DNA from: Spirochaetia bacterium
GTDB lineage: Bacteria > Spirochaetota > Spirochaetia > UBA9216
DNA: 64,000 nt
Reading direction: 5' to 3'
Assembly: GCA_965140585.1 (NCBI GenBank)
Contig: OZ223270.1
Location: forward strand, 512,001 to 576,000
Shown here: positions 38,689 through 49,361 of the stretch, piece by piece
Layout of the letters: the number at the start of each line of letters is the position of its first letter
How positions within the stretch are numbered: position 1 is the first letter of the stretch
Notes under the pieces: model-generated
The model's input: only the letters and a program-made list of their open reading frames with translations
Told to the model about the DNA's origin: nothing
The model's database searches: none
Position numbers and translations under genes: made by a program

Positions 38689-40452
38689 CTACTCCACTGG
38701 AAGGTCTATAAAAAATGTAGTGCCATGACCCTTGTCTGTTTCAAACCAGATTTGTCCACGGTGATCGAAGATAATACGTTCAACAATAGGTAGACCAAGT
38801 CCGGATCCCTCTCTCTTGGTTGTGAAATAAGGATTGAAAACCTGTGAATAATCCTCAACATCAATACCGGAGCCTGAATCCTGAACCCTGATTCTACAGT
38901 AACTTGAATCACCCTTTCTGACAAGGTCGGTTTGGATATTAATTCGGCCTTCATTCCCTTCGATCGCCTCACAGGCGTTTTTAATCAAATTGAGAAACAC
39001 ACTTTTAAGAAGATCTGCATCTGCGGGAAGGTTTATAGATTCATCAATTCTCTCAAGATTGAAAATTATGCCGGGGTATGAGCTCTTATACAGTTCTGCT
39101 GCATCTTTTATTACAGCCGCTATCTGAATTGTCTGGAATACCGGAGCGGGGAGCTTGGAAAAATCCCGGAATTCCTTTAATAGGTTATCAAGGTAGTTAA
39201 CCTCTGTAATTATTGCGACTATTGAAGGTTCAATTACCTTGATCAGATTTTCCGGATCGGTATGGTATTTTTTTAGAATTCTTTCAGCACTCAGTTTTAT
39301 CGGCGTAAGAGGGTTTCTCAGTTCATGCGCAAGCTGTCTGGCGATATCCTGCCATGCCGTGATTTTTTCGGTTTGAAGAATTTTTTTTCTGGAGTTTTCA
39401 AGTTCTCCGATCATCATGTTGAATGAGCGGATAAGGTTTGAAAGCTCATCGCCGCTTCTTGTAAGAATACGGAATGAGTAATCTCCCTCTGTTACTTTCC
39501 TTGTCGCGCCCTCAAGGCTGACTATCGGACGGATAACTTCTTCACTCAGCAGGAATGAAATCAGCAGGGAAATCAGTATAAGGGGGATGGTAAAAAAGAT
39601 ATAAAAAATCATCAGCAGTAGTGAGAAGTCCTGCTGATTTTTCTGGTAATTGAGAAACACCTCTCGTGCGTCTGTAAGGGCCCGGGCAGTTTCGTCCAGG
39701 CTTTCAGGCAGGGCAATACTGATTATGGCGGCAAACTGCCTGCCGGCACTGATAAACTGCTGCTGATAACGTATGAGGCTCAGGTTCTCAAGATCTTCAC
39801 GGGGCAGCATTCCACTGAAACCGGCAGGTCTTGTTTCGGAATCAATCAGCGCCGCTTCGAGTCCTTCGCTGAATACTTCATCACCTTCCTCATTAAAAAT
39901 CTGAACTGCATCTATGCCTGGATTGGCGTTATTGATGTTGTACCAGGTTCGTCTCGGTGAGCGCACAAAATCCGAAAGCATATCATTGAGGATTGGGCTC
40001 TCCGCAAAATTCTCAAGGTTTTCAAGCTGATCATTGTAGTATGTAAGTGCCAGGTTGAGTCCGCCGCTGATTGCCTTGCCTATTTCCGGTGAAAACCAGG
40101 TGTTAATCGAAGTATTTACAAATTTCATAGATACTATACTCTGCGGAATTGAAGACATAAGTACGATCAGAGAGAAGAAGAGCATCAAATGTGTTTTAAG
40201 TTTGGAACCGGGAACGTTTTTCTTACGATCAAGAAAAAGCCGTCTGGTATTATAGATAACCGCTGCAAGCAGAAATCCGGGCAGTATTACGGCTGCAGGA
40301 ATAATGATTAGGTTTGAAACACCCCGATCCGATGGCATATCTAGAAGGATTTGACCGATCAGAATTATTATAAGTACTATGAGTGTTAAATAAATCAGAA
40401 CTACTGCGGCCAGGCCGGTGCCCGAAGCGCTTCGTCTTTTTTCATTCAGCAT
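38689..40452 (-). CDS. NtrY-like sensor histidine kinase
   Basis: TM segments, HAMP, WQDIARQLAHELRNPLTP, NLIKNA and GSGLGL motifs. Confidence 0.9.
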   Translation of the reverse strand: MLNEKRRSASGTGLAAVVLIYLTLIVLIIILIGQILLDMPSDRGVSNLIIIPAAVILPGFLLAAVIYNTRRLFLDRKKNVPGSKLKTHLMLFFSLIVLMSSIPQSIVSMKFVNTSINTWFSPEIGKAISGGLNLALTYYNDQLENLENFAESPILNDMLSDFVRSPRRTWYNINNANPGIDAVQIFNEEGDEVFSEGLEAALIDSETRPAGFSGMLPREDLENLSLIRYQQQFISAGRQFAAIISIALPESLDETARALTDAREVFLNYQKNQQDFSLLLMIFYIFFTIPLILISLLISFLLSEEVIRPIVSLEGATRKVTEGDYSFRILTRSGDELSNLIRSFNMMIGELENSRKKILQTEKITAWQDIARQLAHELRNPLTPIKLSAERILKKYHTDPENLIKVIEPSIVAIITEVNYLDNLLKEFRDFSKLPAPVFQTIQIAAVIKDAAELYKSSYPGIIFNLERIDESINLPADADLLKSVFLNLIKNACEAIEGNEGRINIQTDLVRKGDSSYCRIRVQDSGSGIDVEDYSQVFNPYFTTKREGSGLGLPIVERIIFDHRGQIWFETDKGHGTTFFIDLPVE

Positions 40453-40972
40453 TTACAGAAACCCAGTCGGTTCGTGATTTTTCTGAAATCAGAAAGGGAT
40501 CAAGCATCGCCAGCGGTGAAGGCCGTTTAAGAACATCAATTGCAGCCATGCACTCAACCTTAATAAGGTTTTCGTCACCGCATGATAAGGGGAGTTCGAC
40601 CCTGCATGTGAAAAATTTTTGTATAAATTCAGCCGTCGTACTGCAGAAACTCATATTTCCGTCTCTGGTTATCATATAATTACCTGAAAGCGGATCGACT
40701 CGACCCTGGACTGTGGTTCGTATTTGTTCAGCCTTATCGAAAAGAGATGAGAGAAAACTAATATTTTTCTGATGATATCGAACCGAATAAATAATTTCTG
40801 CTCTGAAACCTTCGTTAATATTTTTTAAAATCACTTTTTCTTCTGTTGTCTGCAGGCTGATATCGATGTAACAGCCTGAATCCATCTTTATTAAACTGCT
40901 GCTTATATTATCACTGTAAATAATACCTGCGGATAATATAAATAATACAGCAGGAAGGAGTTTACGATGCGT
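40442..40972 (-). CDS. Hypothetical exported protein (position typical of DUF4390-like genes); start codon uncertain
   Basis: The ORF from ATG 40885 extends in frame into a signal-peptide-like stretch up to an ACG at 40972. Confidence 0.55.
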   Translation of the reverse strand, partial: THRKLLPAVLFILSAGIIYSDNISSSLIKMDSGCYIDISLQTTEEKVILKNINEGFRAEIIYSVRYHQKNISFLSSLFDKAEQIRTTVQGRVDPLSGNYMITRDGNMSFCSTTAEFIQKFFTCRVELPLSCGDENLIKVECMAAIDVLKRPSPLAMLDPFLISEKSRTDWVSVNAE

Positions 40973-40974
40973 TC

Positions 40975-41241
40975 TTACTCCTCCTCAAACCTGTTTTCAA
41001 AAAGTTTTACTATAGCGTCAAGCGCTTCCTGTTCATCAGAGCCTTCTGTTATAACCTTGATGACGGAATTATATCCGGCGCCCAGCGTGATAATTCCCAT
41101 AATCGATTTGGCATTTATATTGTTATTTTCTTTCTCGAGAAATATCTGACTGTCAAATTCATTCGCTTTCTGTACTATAAGAGCCGCCGGTCTGGCGTGA
41201 ATTCCTGCCCTGTTTTTGATTGTGACTTCCTGTGTAAGCAT
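40975..41241 (-). CDS. ptsH: HPr phosphocarrier protein
   Basis: GIHARPA (His15) and NAKSIMG (Ser46). Confidence 0.96.
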   Translation of the reverse strand: MLTQEVTIKNRAGIHARPAALIVQKANEFDSQIFLEKENNNINAKSIMGIITLGAGYNSVIKVITEGSDEQEALDAIVKLFENRFEEE

Positions 41242-41261
41242 TCTTAACCTCTGTGTTTATT

Positions 41262-42251
41262 TTAAAGAAGATCGTTCCTGTCGTAGTATGCTGCCCTTGC
41301 GTTCTGGCCTTCAAGTCTTTTAAGAACATTCTGGTTGAACTCTTTCGCTGAATAATAGCCCAGTTTTTTAAGTCTTTCATTCATAGCAGCGGTTTCGATA
41401 ATGATCGGTATATTTCTACCCGGTCTGACCGGAACGGTAATAACCGGAATCCCTACCCCAAGGTATTCGATTTCGGTTGTATTTGCGCCTAATCGGTCAT
41501 AAACTTTATTTGAATCCCATTCTTCAAGTTCTACTACAAGCTGTACCTGTTTGCTGTCTCTGATAGCTCCGACACCGAAAAGATGGCTGATATTTAAAAT
41601 ACCGAGCCCTCTGATTTCCATATGATGACCGGCGATATCATTTACGCCTTTGCCGAGTATAAAATTACCGTTTACACAGCTCAGCTCTACGGCATCATCG
41701 GCAATAAGTCTGTGTCCGCGCTCTATGAGTTCGAGCGCTATTTCGCTTTTACCAATCCCGCTTTCACCCTTTATAAGTACGCCGATTCCGAAAACTTCAA
41801 CAAGTGTTGCGTGAATAACCTGTTTTTCTGCAAAAACAGACATCAGGATTCTGAGCAGTCGCCTGGTAAAGTCTGAAGATGTCAGATCTGTTATCAGAAT
41901 AGGAATTCCGGCTTCATCGGCTATATCGAGGAAGGCTTTTTCGGGTGAAAGACTGTGAGTAAAGATGCAGCAGGGAATCTTGTAGTTGAAGAACTTCCTG
42001 ATGTTTTCAAGATCCCCTTCGCTGACCATCTTTCTGACATAGGCCGTTTCACCGTTACCGAATATCTGTATTCTGTTGTATTGAAAACCGTCGAAAAACC
42101 CTGAAAGGGTCAGTCCTGGACGGTTAATGTCCTGCTCTCTGATGGGAGAGGCCAGACCGGGACGGCCGCAAAGGCATTTCAGGTTGAGATCGCTGTGTTC
42201 TTTTAGATCCAGATCCAGAAGATCCAGAACGGTGAAAACGTTTGACGGCAT
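41262..42251 (-). CDS. hprK: HPr kinase/phosphorylase
   Basis: RPGL, GESGIGKSE, LIADD, EIRGLGI and PGRN motifs. Confidence 0.96.
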   Translation of the reverse strand: MPSNVFTVLDLLDLDLKEHSDLNLKCLCGRPGLASPIREQDINRPGLTLSGFFDGFQYNRIQIFGNGETAYVRKMVSEGDLENIRKFFNYKIPCCIFTHSLSPEKAFLDIADEAGIPILITDLTSSDFTRRLLRILMSVFAEKQVIHATLVEVFGIGVLIKGESGIGKSEIALELIERGHRLIADDAVELSCVNGNFILGKGVNDIAGHHMEIRGLGILNISHLFGVGAIRDSKQVQLVVELEEWDSNKVYDRLGANTTEIEYLGVGIPVITVPVRPGRNIPIIIETAAMNERLKKLGYYSAKEFNQNVLKRLEGQNARAAYYDRNDLL

Positions 42252-42254
42252 ATT

Positions 42255-42545
42255 TTAATGATCCTGTACTCTTTCCTTTTCTTTTGAAACTTTATTATCA
42301 AGCTTATTAAAAAGATTGTCTATACCTTTGAAAAGTTCGAAGGTGTTAACCTTCATATGCACCGAAGTGCCCCATTTAAAATTGACAGTGGCTTCAATAT
42401 CATACCCATTCTTATCATGGGTCAGAGTGAGCAGAAGATCTATAATGTTTTCTTCAGCATATTCAAGTCTTTTTAATTTCTTTTCGATGTGCTCCCTTGT
42501 GTTATCACTGATATCGTAATGTACACCCTTAATATCTACGTTCAT
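42255..42545 (-). CDS. hpf: Ribosome hibernation promoting factor (short HPF/RaiA)
   Basis: S30AE-type pattern; located directly downstream of rpoN. Confidence 0.88.
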   Translation of the reverse strand: MNVDIKGVHYDISDNTREHIEKKLKRLEYAEENIIDLLLTLTHDKNGYDIEATVNFKWGTSVHMKVNTFELFKGIDNLFNKLDNKVSKEKERVQDH

Positions 42546-42602
42546 AGAAGCCTCCTAAAAAATATTAAAACGGAATTGATTTAATAAATTTCAAAACCGC
42601 TG

Positions 42603-43982
42603 TTACCTTGTGTATGATGAATCGATCTTCAATTCATTTCTGTATTTCGCTACCGTCCTCCTTGCTATATTGATTCCCTTCTTCTGAAGCATATCTGAAA
42701 TTTTTTGATCCGAGAGTTTCTTTTCACCGGTATAATTATCTATAATTTCCTTGATTATTTCTTTTACTCCGCCTTTTGAAAACTGTGATCCCTGTGAGCC
42801 GGAGCCGGAAATAGAGTTGGAGAAAAAATATTTTAATGGAAAGATTCCCCATTCTGTCTGAATATATTTAGCATTTGAAATCCTGGAAACGGTTGTTTCA
42901 TGTACAGAAACGGTTTCTGCTATGTCTCTGAGTGTAAGCGGCGCCAGGAACTTCGGACCTTTAAGAAAGAAGTTGCGCTGGAAATCAATTATTGCATTGG
43001 CAATTTTTACAAGGGTTCGGCTTCTCTGGTTAACACTGCGAATGAACCACTGTGCCTCTGAAATATTGGAATTTACAAACTGTTTAACATCCTTGTCGCT
43101 TTCATTTTTTTCCTTCATCATCTTTTTAAAAAATGAATTAACGCCGAGGACAGGAATTTCTTCATCATTGAGTACAATTACAAACTCTCCCTCAACCTGT
43201 TTTACCAGCAGGTCGGGAATTACATAACGGACTGTTGTTGTTGAATATGCCCTGCCGGGAAAAGGGTTAAAGCGTTTAAGAAAGGTTAACAGCTCATTGA
43301 CCTCGTCTTCGCTTATTCCCATTGTTTTGCTTATTTCTTTGATTTTTCCCTTTTCAAGCAGTTCAAGATGTTCAGAGATAAGTGGTTTCAGTTCTTCAGG
43401 TGCTTCCGGGTCAAGATCTATCTGGACAAGAAGTGATTCCCTGTAGCCGGATGTACATGTTCCGGGGGGATCGAAACTTCTGATTATTTCTAGAACATGT
43501 TCCAGGCTTCGGTGTTCATCAGCAGAAACAAGCATTTCGGGATTTTCAACATTAAATCCGTTTTCATCAAGGTTCTGTATTAAAAGTTCGCCAATTTCAC
43601 GCTCTCTTTCAGACAGCCTCTGTACCCTAAGCTGCCAGAGTAGATTATCTGAAAGTGATTCAGGTCTGGTCAGGGTTCCTTCAATAAACTTCTGCTTTGC
43701 GTCGGAGGCTTCATTATCCAGATTGCCGGATCTGGTTGAAAATCCGGGATCTGATGAGTTCTCAAAGTACTCATAAGTTTCAGCATTCCGGCTTTCGGTA
43801 TCTTCAAGAGAGACAGTCTGTTTTTCTGAGATAACTTCAAGAGCAGGGTTTTTTTCAAGTTCTTCCTGAATGCGGGCATTGAGTTCCTGTATCGGCATCG
43901 CCATCAGCTGTATCGACTGGTACATCTGCGGGCTTAACTTTAAGCGCTGTTCCTGAATTATTACAGGTTTCTGATATTGCAA
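42603..43982 (-). CDS. rpoN: RNA polymerase sigma-54 factor
   Basis: Q-rich region I, ELEKNPALE, HETTVSR and RpoN box ARRTVAKYR; TTG start. Confidence 0.96.
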   Translation of the reverse strand: MQYQKPVIIQEQRLKLSPQMYQSIQLMAMPIQELNARIQEELEKNPALEVISEKQTVSLEDTESRNAETYEYFENSSDPGFSTRSGNLDNEASDAKQKFIEGTLTRPESLSDNLLWQLRVQRLSEREREIGELLIQNLDENGFNVENPEMLVSADEHRSLEHVLEIIRSFDPPGTCTSGYRESLLVQIDLDPEAPEELKPLISEHLELLEKGKIKEISKTMGISEDEVNELLTFLKRFNPFPGRAYSTTTVRYVIPDLLVKQVEGEFVIVLNDEEIPVLGVNSFFKKMMKEKNESDKDVKQFVNSNISEAQWFIRSVNQRSRTLVKIANAIIDFQRNFFLKGPKFLAPLTLRDIAETVSVHETTVSRISNAKYIQTEWGIFPLKYFFSNSISGSGSQGSQFSKGGVKEIIKEIIDNYTGEKKLSDQKISDMLQKKGINIARRTVAKYRNELKIDSSYTR

Positions 43983-44083
43983 CCTGACCTCCGGTGTTTT
44001 AAAAGCAAAAGTAAACCTAATATAAATATGGTTTAGCGGGAATGATTTGTCAAGAAACTAATGAAACAACCTAATGCTGTTTC

Positions 44084-44842
44084 CTACATCCTGAAATCTT
44101 CGCCGAGATATATTTTCCTGGCTGTTTCATCTGCAAGGAGCTTGTCCCTGGAACCGGAAACCATTATCTCACCAAGATTTATGATATATGCACGGTCTGT
44201 GATCTCAAGAGTATCACGGACATTATGATCTGTAATAAGGATCCCTATTCCCATTTCTGAGAGGTTTTCGATTATCCGCTTTATTTCGTAGACTGCGATT
44301 GGGTCGATACCGGCAAAGGGTTCATCAAGAAGCAGAAAACGCGGTTCAATTGCAAGGGCTCTGGCAATTTCTGTACGTCGGCGCTCGCCTCCTGATAGTG
44401 TGAAGGCCTTCTGTTTTCGGATATGAGTAATTCCCAGCTGTTCAATCAGGTAATCCAGGTGTTCTTTTTTCTGTTCCTTTGAAAGGTCTTTCCTGGTTTC
44501 CAGTATTGCCCAGATATTCTGTTCAACAGATAGTTTTCTGAAAACAGAAGCTTCCTGCGGCAGATATGAAATGCCGGCTCTGGCTCGCTTATACATTGGG
44601 GAATGGGTGATATCATGCTGATCAAGCTGAATTTTTCCGGCAGAAGCGCGGATAAAACCTACGATCATATAGAATACAGTAGTTTTTCCGGCGCCATTAG
44701 GGCCGAGCAGGCCGACTATCTCTCCGTCCTTCATCGAAAAACTTACATCGAGAACAGCAGTCTTTTTACCGAAGGTCTTTTTGAGGCCTTCAACTTCAAG
44801 AGTAGATTTATTCTTTTTCAGAGGTGATTGATCCGCTGACAT
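44084..44842 (-). CDS. lptB: LPS export ABC ATPase
   Basis: [38 protein letters not shown] and TDHNV motifs. Confidence 0.95.
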   Translation of the reverse strand: MSADQSPLKKNKSTLEVEGLKKTFGKKTAVLDVSFSMKDGEIVGLLGPNGAGKTTVFYMIVGFIRASAGKIQLDQHDITHSPMYKRARAGISYLPQEASVFRKLSVEQNIWAILETRKDLSKEQKKEHLDYLIEQLGITHIRKQKAFTLSGGERRRTEIARALAIEPRFLLLDEPFAGIDPIAVYEIKRIIENLSEMGIGILITDHNVRDTLEITDRAYIINLGEIMVSGSRDKLLADETARKIYLGEDFRM

Positions 44843-45482
44843 TTCCTTCCAGTTTTATTTCATCGGTATCGAGATCTATTACAATCCTGGTTGCAATGTA
44901 GGTGTCTCCCTTCCAGTATACACGCGGATTTCCAGTAAGTTCAAGGATGTTAGCATCTCTGTCGTAACCGGCATATTCAGAACGGCAGGTCATTTCCTGA
45001 TTATCCGCAATTTTCAGTATCCGGACGCCAATCTGCAGGGTTGTGAATTTCTCTTTGCTTTTTTCTTCTATATAACCGCTTTTGGCAATCAGCTCATTTT
45101 TACGATCTTCCATTTCGGAATATCCTCGAACTACGATAACCTCGGTTGTTCTGTTGAATTTGAGGCTGCTGCAGGTGAGGGTTGTGTCATTTTCCATATC
45201 AATTACCGTGACATTTCCTGAACATTCAGCTATTTCAAAGTCCTGCCCATAAATCTCAATCAGATCGGCATGAATTTCCTTGTTGTTTGTAATTATTACA
45301 GCATTACCGGTCAGGGTTGTGTGTTCCCTGCCGCTGGCAAGAACGGCTTCGGTATTGTCAGCCGAGAAAGAAAACGTGTCTTTTTCGGCTGCTGCTTCGG
45401 TTTCTTCGGCAGGGATGTCTTCAGCAAGGGCCGGAGATAGTATCATAAATGCGGTCAGAAGGAGTCCCAATATTTTATTCAC
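44808..45482 (-). CDS. lptA: LptA/OstA-family beta-jellyroll protein
   Basis: Signal peptide, repeated GNA/GNV beta motifs, position between lptC and lptB. Confidence 0.75.
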   Translation of the reverse strand: MNKILGLLLTAFMILSPALAEDIPAEETEAAAEKDTFSFSADNTEAVLASGREHTTLTGNAVIITNNKEIHADLIEIYGQDFEIAECSGNVTVIDMENDTTLTCSSLKFNRTTEVIVVRGYSEMEDRKNELIAKSGYIEEKSKEKFTTLQIGVRILKIADNQEMTCRSEYAGYDRDANILELTGNPRVYWKGDTYIATRIVIDLDTDEIKLEGNVSGSITSEKE

Positions 45483-46032
45483 TGTTTACCCACCTTCCGG
45501 AGACTCCACTCTCAAACTTAATGGTTCTTGTATTGCTGTCGGCGTAAAATCCGGCACCTTCAATAGCACTGCTGTCGTCTTTTACTATCTTTACACTCTC
45601 GTCGCTTTTTCCGGTAAGCACTGACTTTTCATTGTCCCAGAAGAGGTAATCTCCCTCAAGGGTTGCGCTTTCTTCTTTTGAGTAGAAGTAGAGCCCTCCC
45701 CATATTTCGACGTTTTCGGTTTCGGTGAACATCAGGGCATTTTCGGCTTTTCCGTCGGTTATGATCTCGCCGTTTTTATCATATTCCTGAAAGTGAATGT
45801 TTTTAAAGTGGGTTTCTTTTTTCTTGCCGAACGACCACGATTCAGATGCTTCTATTAAAAAGGCAGGTGATGAATCTTTTACCATTACCTGTGTGAATTC
45901 GGTCAGAATAGTATCCGGAATATCCTCTTCAATCTCTTCAGCAATCATTGTTTCATCATAATTGAAGCGGCATCCGGTAAAGACCAAGATGTTGTAGAGT
46001 AGAAAGAGTGTTATACCAGTCTTTTTCACCAT
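45475..46032 (-). CDS. lptC: LptC-like periplasmic protein
   Basis: N-terminal anchor/lipobox (FTGC), jellyroll pattern (LFWD...IEGAGF), position upstream of lptA-lptB. Confidence 0.75.
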   Translation of the reverse strand: MVKKTGITLFLLYNILVFTGCRFNYDETMIAEEIEEDIPDTILTEFTQVMVKDSSPAFLIEASESWSFGKKKETHFKNIHFQEYDKNGEIITDGKAENALMFTETENVEIWGGLYFYSKEESATLEGDYLFWDNEKSVLTGKSDESVKIVKDDSSAIEGAGFYADSNTRTIKFESGVSGRWVNSE

Positions 46033-46182
46033 TTCTGATGATTATCGAAGAATTAAACAAAAAGATCAATGATATGGTATTTCTAAAAACTGCAGTTTTT
46101 AGAAGTTCGTAATAATTATTTAAGTTGACATTGCATTCTTTGATGACTAAACTTTAATTATCGCTTTATAACAGGTGTATGA

Positions 46183-46998
46183 ATGAACCGCTTTCTAAGT
46201 GAAAAAGATTTTAATGATTTTAAAACTATGATTTATGATGCCAGCGGCATCTACTTCTCTGATTCGAATGCTACTATTCTTGAAAGCCGGCTTAAGGATC
46301 GTCTCAGGAAAATGAATCTGGAAACTCCCGGTGAGTATTATCAGTATATAAAGAAGAATGAGGGAGAACTTAAAGTTCTTCTTGATTCAGTTACAACAAA
46401 CCTCACCAGATTTTTCCGTAATACGGCACATTTTCAGACATTTGAGAACTATGTAATTCCTGAACTGGTAGAACATAAAAAGAAATCAGGCTCGAATACA
46501 ATAAAGCTCTGGAGTGCGGGCTGTTCCACTGGTGAGGAACCCTATTCTCTGGCAATGGCATTCCGGGAAAATCTTCCCCCCGGTTTCAAAGCTGAAATAA
46601 CGGCCTCGGATCTAAGCCTTCAGTCATTGATGACTGCGAAAGAGGGCTTCTATTCTGATAATAAAATGAATGGTGTTCCTGAGAAATACCTAAATAAGTA
46701 TTTTGAACGCAAAGATGGTGGTTACAAGGTTATTGATGATATTCGAAACAATATTAAGTTTGATTACCATAACCTGAAATTTGACAGCGGACAGAACGAT
46801 CTGGATCTAATCTTCTGTAGAAATGTTATTATTTATTTTGATGAAGCGGCTCAGCAGGCAGTTATAGACAAGTTTTGGAATTCAATGAACAGGCATTCCT
46901 ACCTTTTTATAGGTCACTCTGAGTCCCTGTTCGGTATGAAAACAGAATTTGAATTTTTAAAAACTGACTGGGCTTGTATTTACAGAAAGTTTAAATAG
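46183..46998 (+). CDS. cheR: Chemotaxis methyltransferase
   Basis: TTNLTRFFRN, WSAGCSTGEEPYS, FCRNVIIYFD and GHSE motifs. Confidence 0.96.
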   Translation: MNRFLSEKDFNDFKTMIYDASGIYFSDSNATILESRLKDRLRKMNLETPGEYYQYIKKNEGELKVLLDSVTTNLTRFFRNTAHFQTFENYVIPELVEHKKKSGSNTIKLWSAGCSTGEEPYSLAMAFRENLPPGFKAEITASDLSLQSLMTAKEGFYSDNKMNGVPEKYLNKYFERKDGGYKVIDDIRNNIKFDYHNLKFDSGQNDLDLIFCRNVIIYFDEAAQQAVIDKFWNSMNRHSYLFIGHSESLFGMKTEFEFLKTDWACIYRKFK

Positions 46999-47012
46999 GA
47001 AGCAACAAAGAA

Positions 47013-48161
47013 ATGTTGAACTCTGATGATATATCCGTGCTGATCTGTGATGATTCAGCACTCATGCGTAATTTAATCAGCAGAATGATAGAAAATACTG
47101 AAGGCCTTGCTGTTGCCGGAAAGGCTTTTAACGGCAAATTTGCCCTTGATAAGATTCCCAAGCTTAATCCGGATATTATAGTTCTGGACCTTGAAATGCC
47201 GGAAATGAATGGAATTGAATTCCTGAAAGAAAGAAAACGTCTGAATATTGAGATTCCTGTAGTGATTCTTTCTTCGGTTGCGAAGAAGGGTGCTGAGGTG
47301 ACGATGCAGGCACTTTCTCTGGGCGCTTCTGATTTTATTATGAAGCCGACAGATACAAATAATCAGGATTTACATCAGATTGCCGGTCATATTGTTGATA
47401 CACTGATTGCCTACGGATCCCGGTATAAAAAAACAAAGAAACCCCCGGCCTCCGGTAGTCCTTCATCCATTAGTTCAAGCAGTTCCATAAGAACTTCAAC
47501 TTTCCAGCCGCCACCGCTGAGAACTTCTACGGCTGCGGCGGTTAAGGCTCCGACTCCGGCTGCTTCGAGGAAGATCACGGATAAGGTTGAGCTTGTAGTG
47601 ATAGGTATTTCCACCGGCGGTCCTAATGCTTTGCGGGAAGTATTTAAAGAGATTGATCCGAAGCTTCCGGTACCAATTCTTGTTGTTCAGCATATGCCTG
47701 CCGGGTTTACAGAAGAATTTGCCCGAAGTCTCGATAAGATATGTCCGCTTGCAGTAAAGGAAGCCGCGGAAGGTGATATTATTAGTCCGGGACGTGTCCT
47801 GATAGCTCCGGGATCCGCTCATCTCAAGGTGGACAGGAAGCGTCTGGCCTCTGTTGCCATCCTTGATTATTCTGAGCCTGTAAACGGACATCGTCCTTCG
47901 GCTGATATCCTTTTTGCGTCAGCTGCCGAAGCATATGGCGGGAATGTCCTTGGTGTTATTATGACCGGAATGGGTAAGGACGGTGCAAAAGAACTTGGCA
48001 CCCTTTACAATAAGGGTGCTGTAACGATTGGACAGGATGAAGAATCTTCGATTGTATACGGAATGCCCAGGGTTGCTTTTGAATCGGGATTTGTCGATTA
48101 TCAGCTGCCTCTGGATCAGATTGCCGCGAAGATTTCTGAAATTGTAAACGAAAAACGTTAA
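47013..48161 (+). CDS. cheB: Chemotaxis methylesterase
   Basis: REC domain plus GISTGGP, VQHMP, HRPSAD and MTGMGKDGA motifs. Confidence 0.96.
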   Translation: MLNSDDISVLICDDSALMRNLISRMIENTEGLAVAGKAFNGKFALDKIPKLNPDIIVLDLEMPEMNGIEFLKERKRLNIEIPVVILSSVAKKGAEVTMQALSLGASDFIMKPTDTNNQDLHQIAGHIVDTLIAYGSRYKKTKKPPASGSPSSISSSSSIRTSTFQPPPLRTSTAAAVKAPTPAASRKITDKVELVVIGISTGGPNALREVFKEIDPKLPVPILVVQHMPAGFTEEFARSLDKICPLAVKEAAEGDIISPGRVLIAPGSAHLKVDRKRLASVAILDYSEPVNGHRPSADILFASAAEAYGGNVLGVIMTGMGKDGAKELGTLYNKGAVTIGQDEESSIVYGMPRVAFESGFVDYQLPLDQIAAKISEIVNEKR

Positions 48162-48565
48162 TCAAGTTTGCCGGTGATTACCGGCATTGCCTTCTTTCCT
48201 GATAATTTCCCTGTAATAAAAGTTATCCCGAATCCTGCGGCTATTCCTATCAAACCGAAAAGCACCTTAATGCCTTCTGATGGATTGGGAAGTATCTTTC
48301 CTGAAAGGAAGAAAAACAGGAAAAACAGAAGCAGCGGAAATATCATGACCATAAAGGCTGAGCCTATTGTTTTCCCTGTAGGCAGCTCCACCTCTACACG
48401 TGAGCCTGGTTCAAGCTCAAAATTGCTTCTGTTGTGAGCTTCAAATGTCTTCTGGCCCGCTGTGCATAATCCGCTTGCTGCACAAGACTTACAGCCCTCG
48501 GTATCGCTGCACGCCAGCGTTATAATGTCATTTTTTATATCAATTACTGTCGCTTTCTCCAGCAT
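48158..48565 (-). CDS. rseC: SoxR-reducing system RseC family protein
   Basis: CKSC....C cluster plus two TM helices; start placed at MLEKA (48565). Confidence 0.8.
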   Translation of the reverse strand: MLEKATVIDIKNDIITLACSDTEGCKSCAASGLCTAGQKTFEAHNRSNFELEPGSRVEVELPTGKTIGSAFMVMIFPLLLFFLFFFLSGKILPNPSEGIKVLFGLIGIAAGFGITFITGKLSGKKAMPVITGKLD

Positions 48566-49361
48566 CCGGTACCTCCGCACATTCTTTTCTGATGCTTTTA
48601 ATCGAAACAGCTTTATGGCTGTCATCAAACTCTATAATTACACCCTGAAGTTCAGGTTTTTTCCACGCATCCCTCGACCTTTCCGGGACCTGAGTAAGAA
48701 ACTTCTGAAGTTCAATTTCCCGATCAAGCCCGCCGACAGATTCTATGCTACCGGTTCTTCCGGTGTCGCATATAGTTGCAGTTCCTCCTGGAAGGATCTG
48801 CTCATCCGCACTGAGTGCTTTGGTATGTGTTCCTGTGATTGCAGATATTTTTCCATCCATGTGATGAAACATGGTGTATTTTTCTGCTGTAGTGGCTGCA
48901 TGGAAGTCCATGATGACAATGTCAGCATCCTCTTTGAGCCTTGCCGCCAAATCAGGCGCATAACTGAAAGGGTTGCTAAGGTGAATCCGGTTGAATCCTG
49001 ACTGTCCAAGCATTGAAATCACACCGATTCTGGTCTCACCGGCATTGTAAATTCTCCAGCCGCGTCCGGGGTTTCCCGGAGGATAATTTGCAGGGCGGAG
49101 AATGTAAGGGGCTTTTATGATATGATCGACCATATCCTTTTTATAGTAACCCTTCTCTCCCAGGGTCTGACAGTCGATTCCCAGTTTCCGCATATATACA
49201 GAATGGTTTTTTCCAAGTCCGAAACCGCCGGTTACACCTTCGGTATTTGCAATTACGAAATCAATATTTTCCTCTTCCCTGATAACGGAAAGCAGTTTTT
49301 TGATGCAGAAGACGCCGGCTTTTCCGACGACTTCACCAATGCACAGAATGCGAGTACTCAT
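48540..49361 (-). CDS. ymdB: TIGR00282/YmdB metallophosphoesterase
   Basis: GEVVG, LRPANYP, DFHAATTAEK and GTHT motifs; several canonical metal ligands are substituted. Confidence 0.85.
   Translation of the reverse strand: MSTRILCIGEVVGKAGVFCIKKLLSVIREEENIDFVIANTEGVTGGFGLGKNHSVYMRKLGIDCQTLGEKGYYKKDMVDHIIKAPYILRPANYPPGNPGRGWRIYNAGETRIGVISMLGQSGFNRIHLSNPFSYAPDLAARLKEDADIVIMDFHAATTAEKYTMFHHMDGKISAITGTHTKALSADEQILPGGTATICDTGRTGSIESVGGLDREIELQKFLTQVPERSRDAWKKPELQGVIIEFDDSHKAVSIKSIRKECAEVPDAGESDSN

Noticed and set aside
47430-47575. Ser/Pro/Ala-rich stretch in cheB as an insertion
   Set aside because: Normal variable linker between the REC and methylesterase domains
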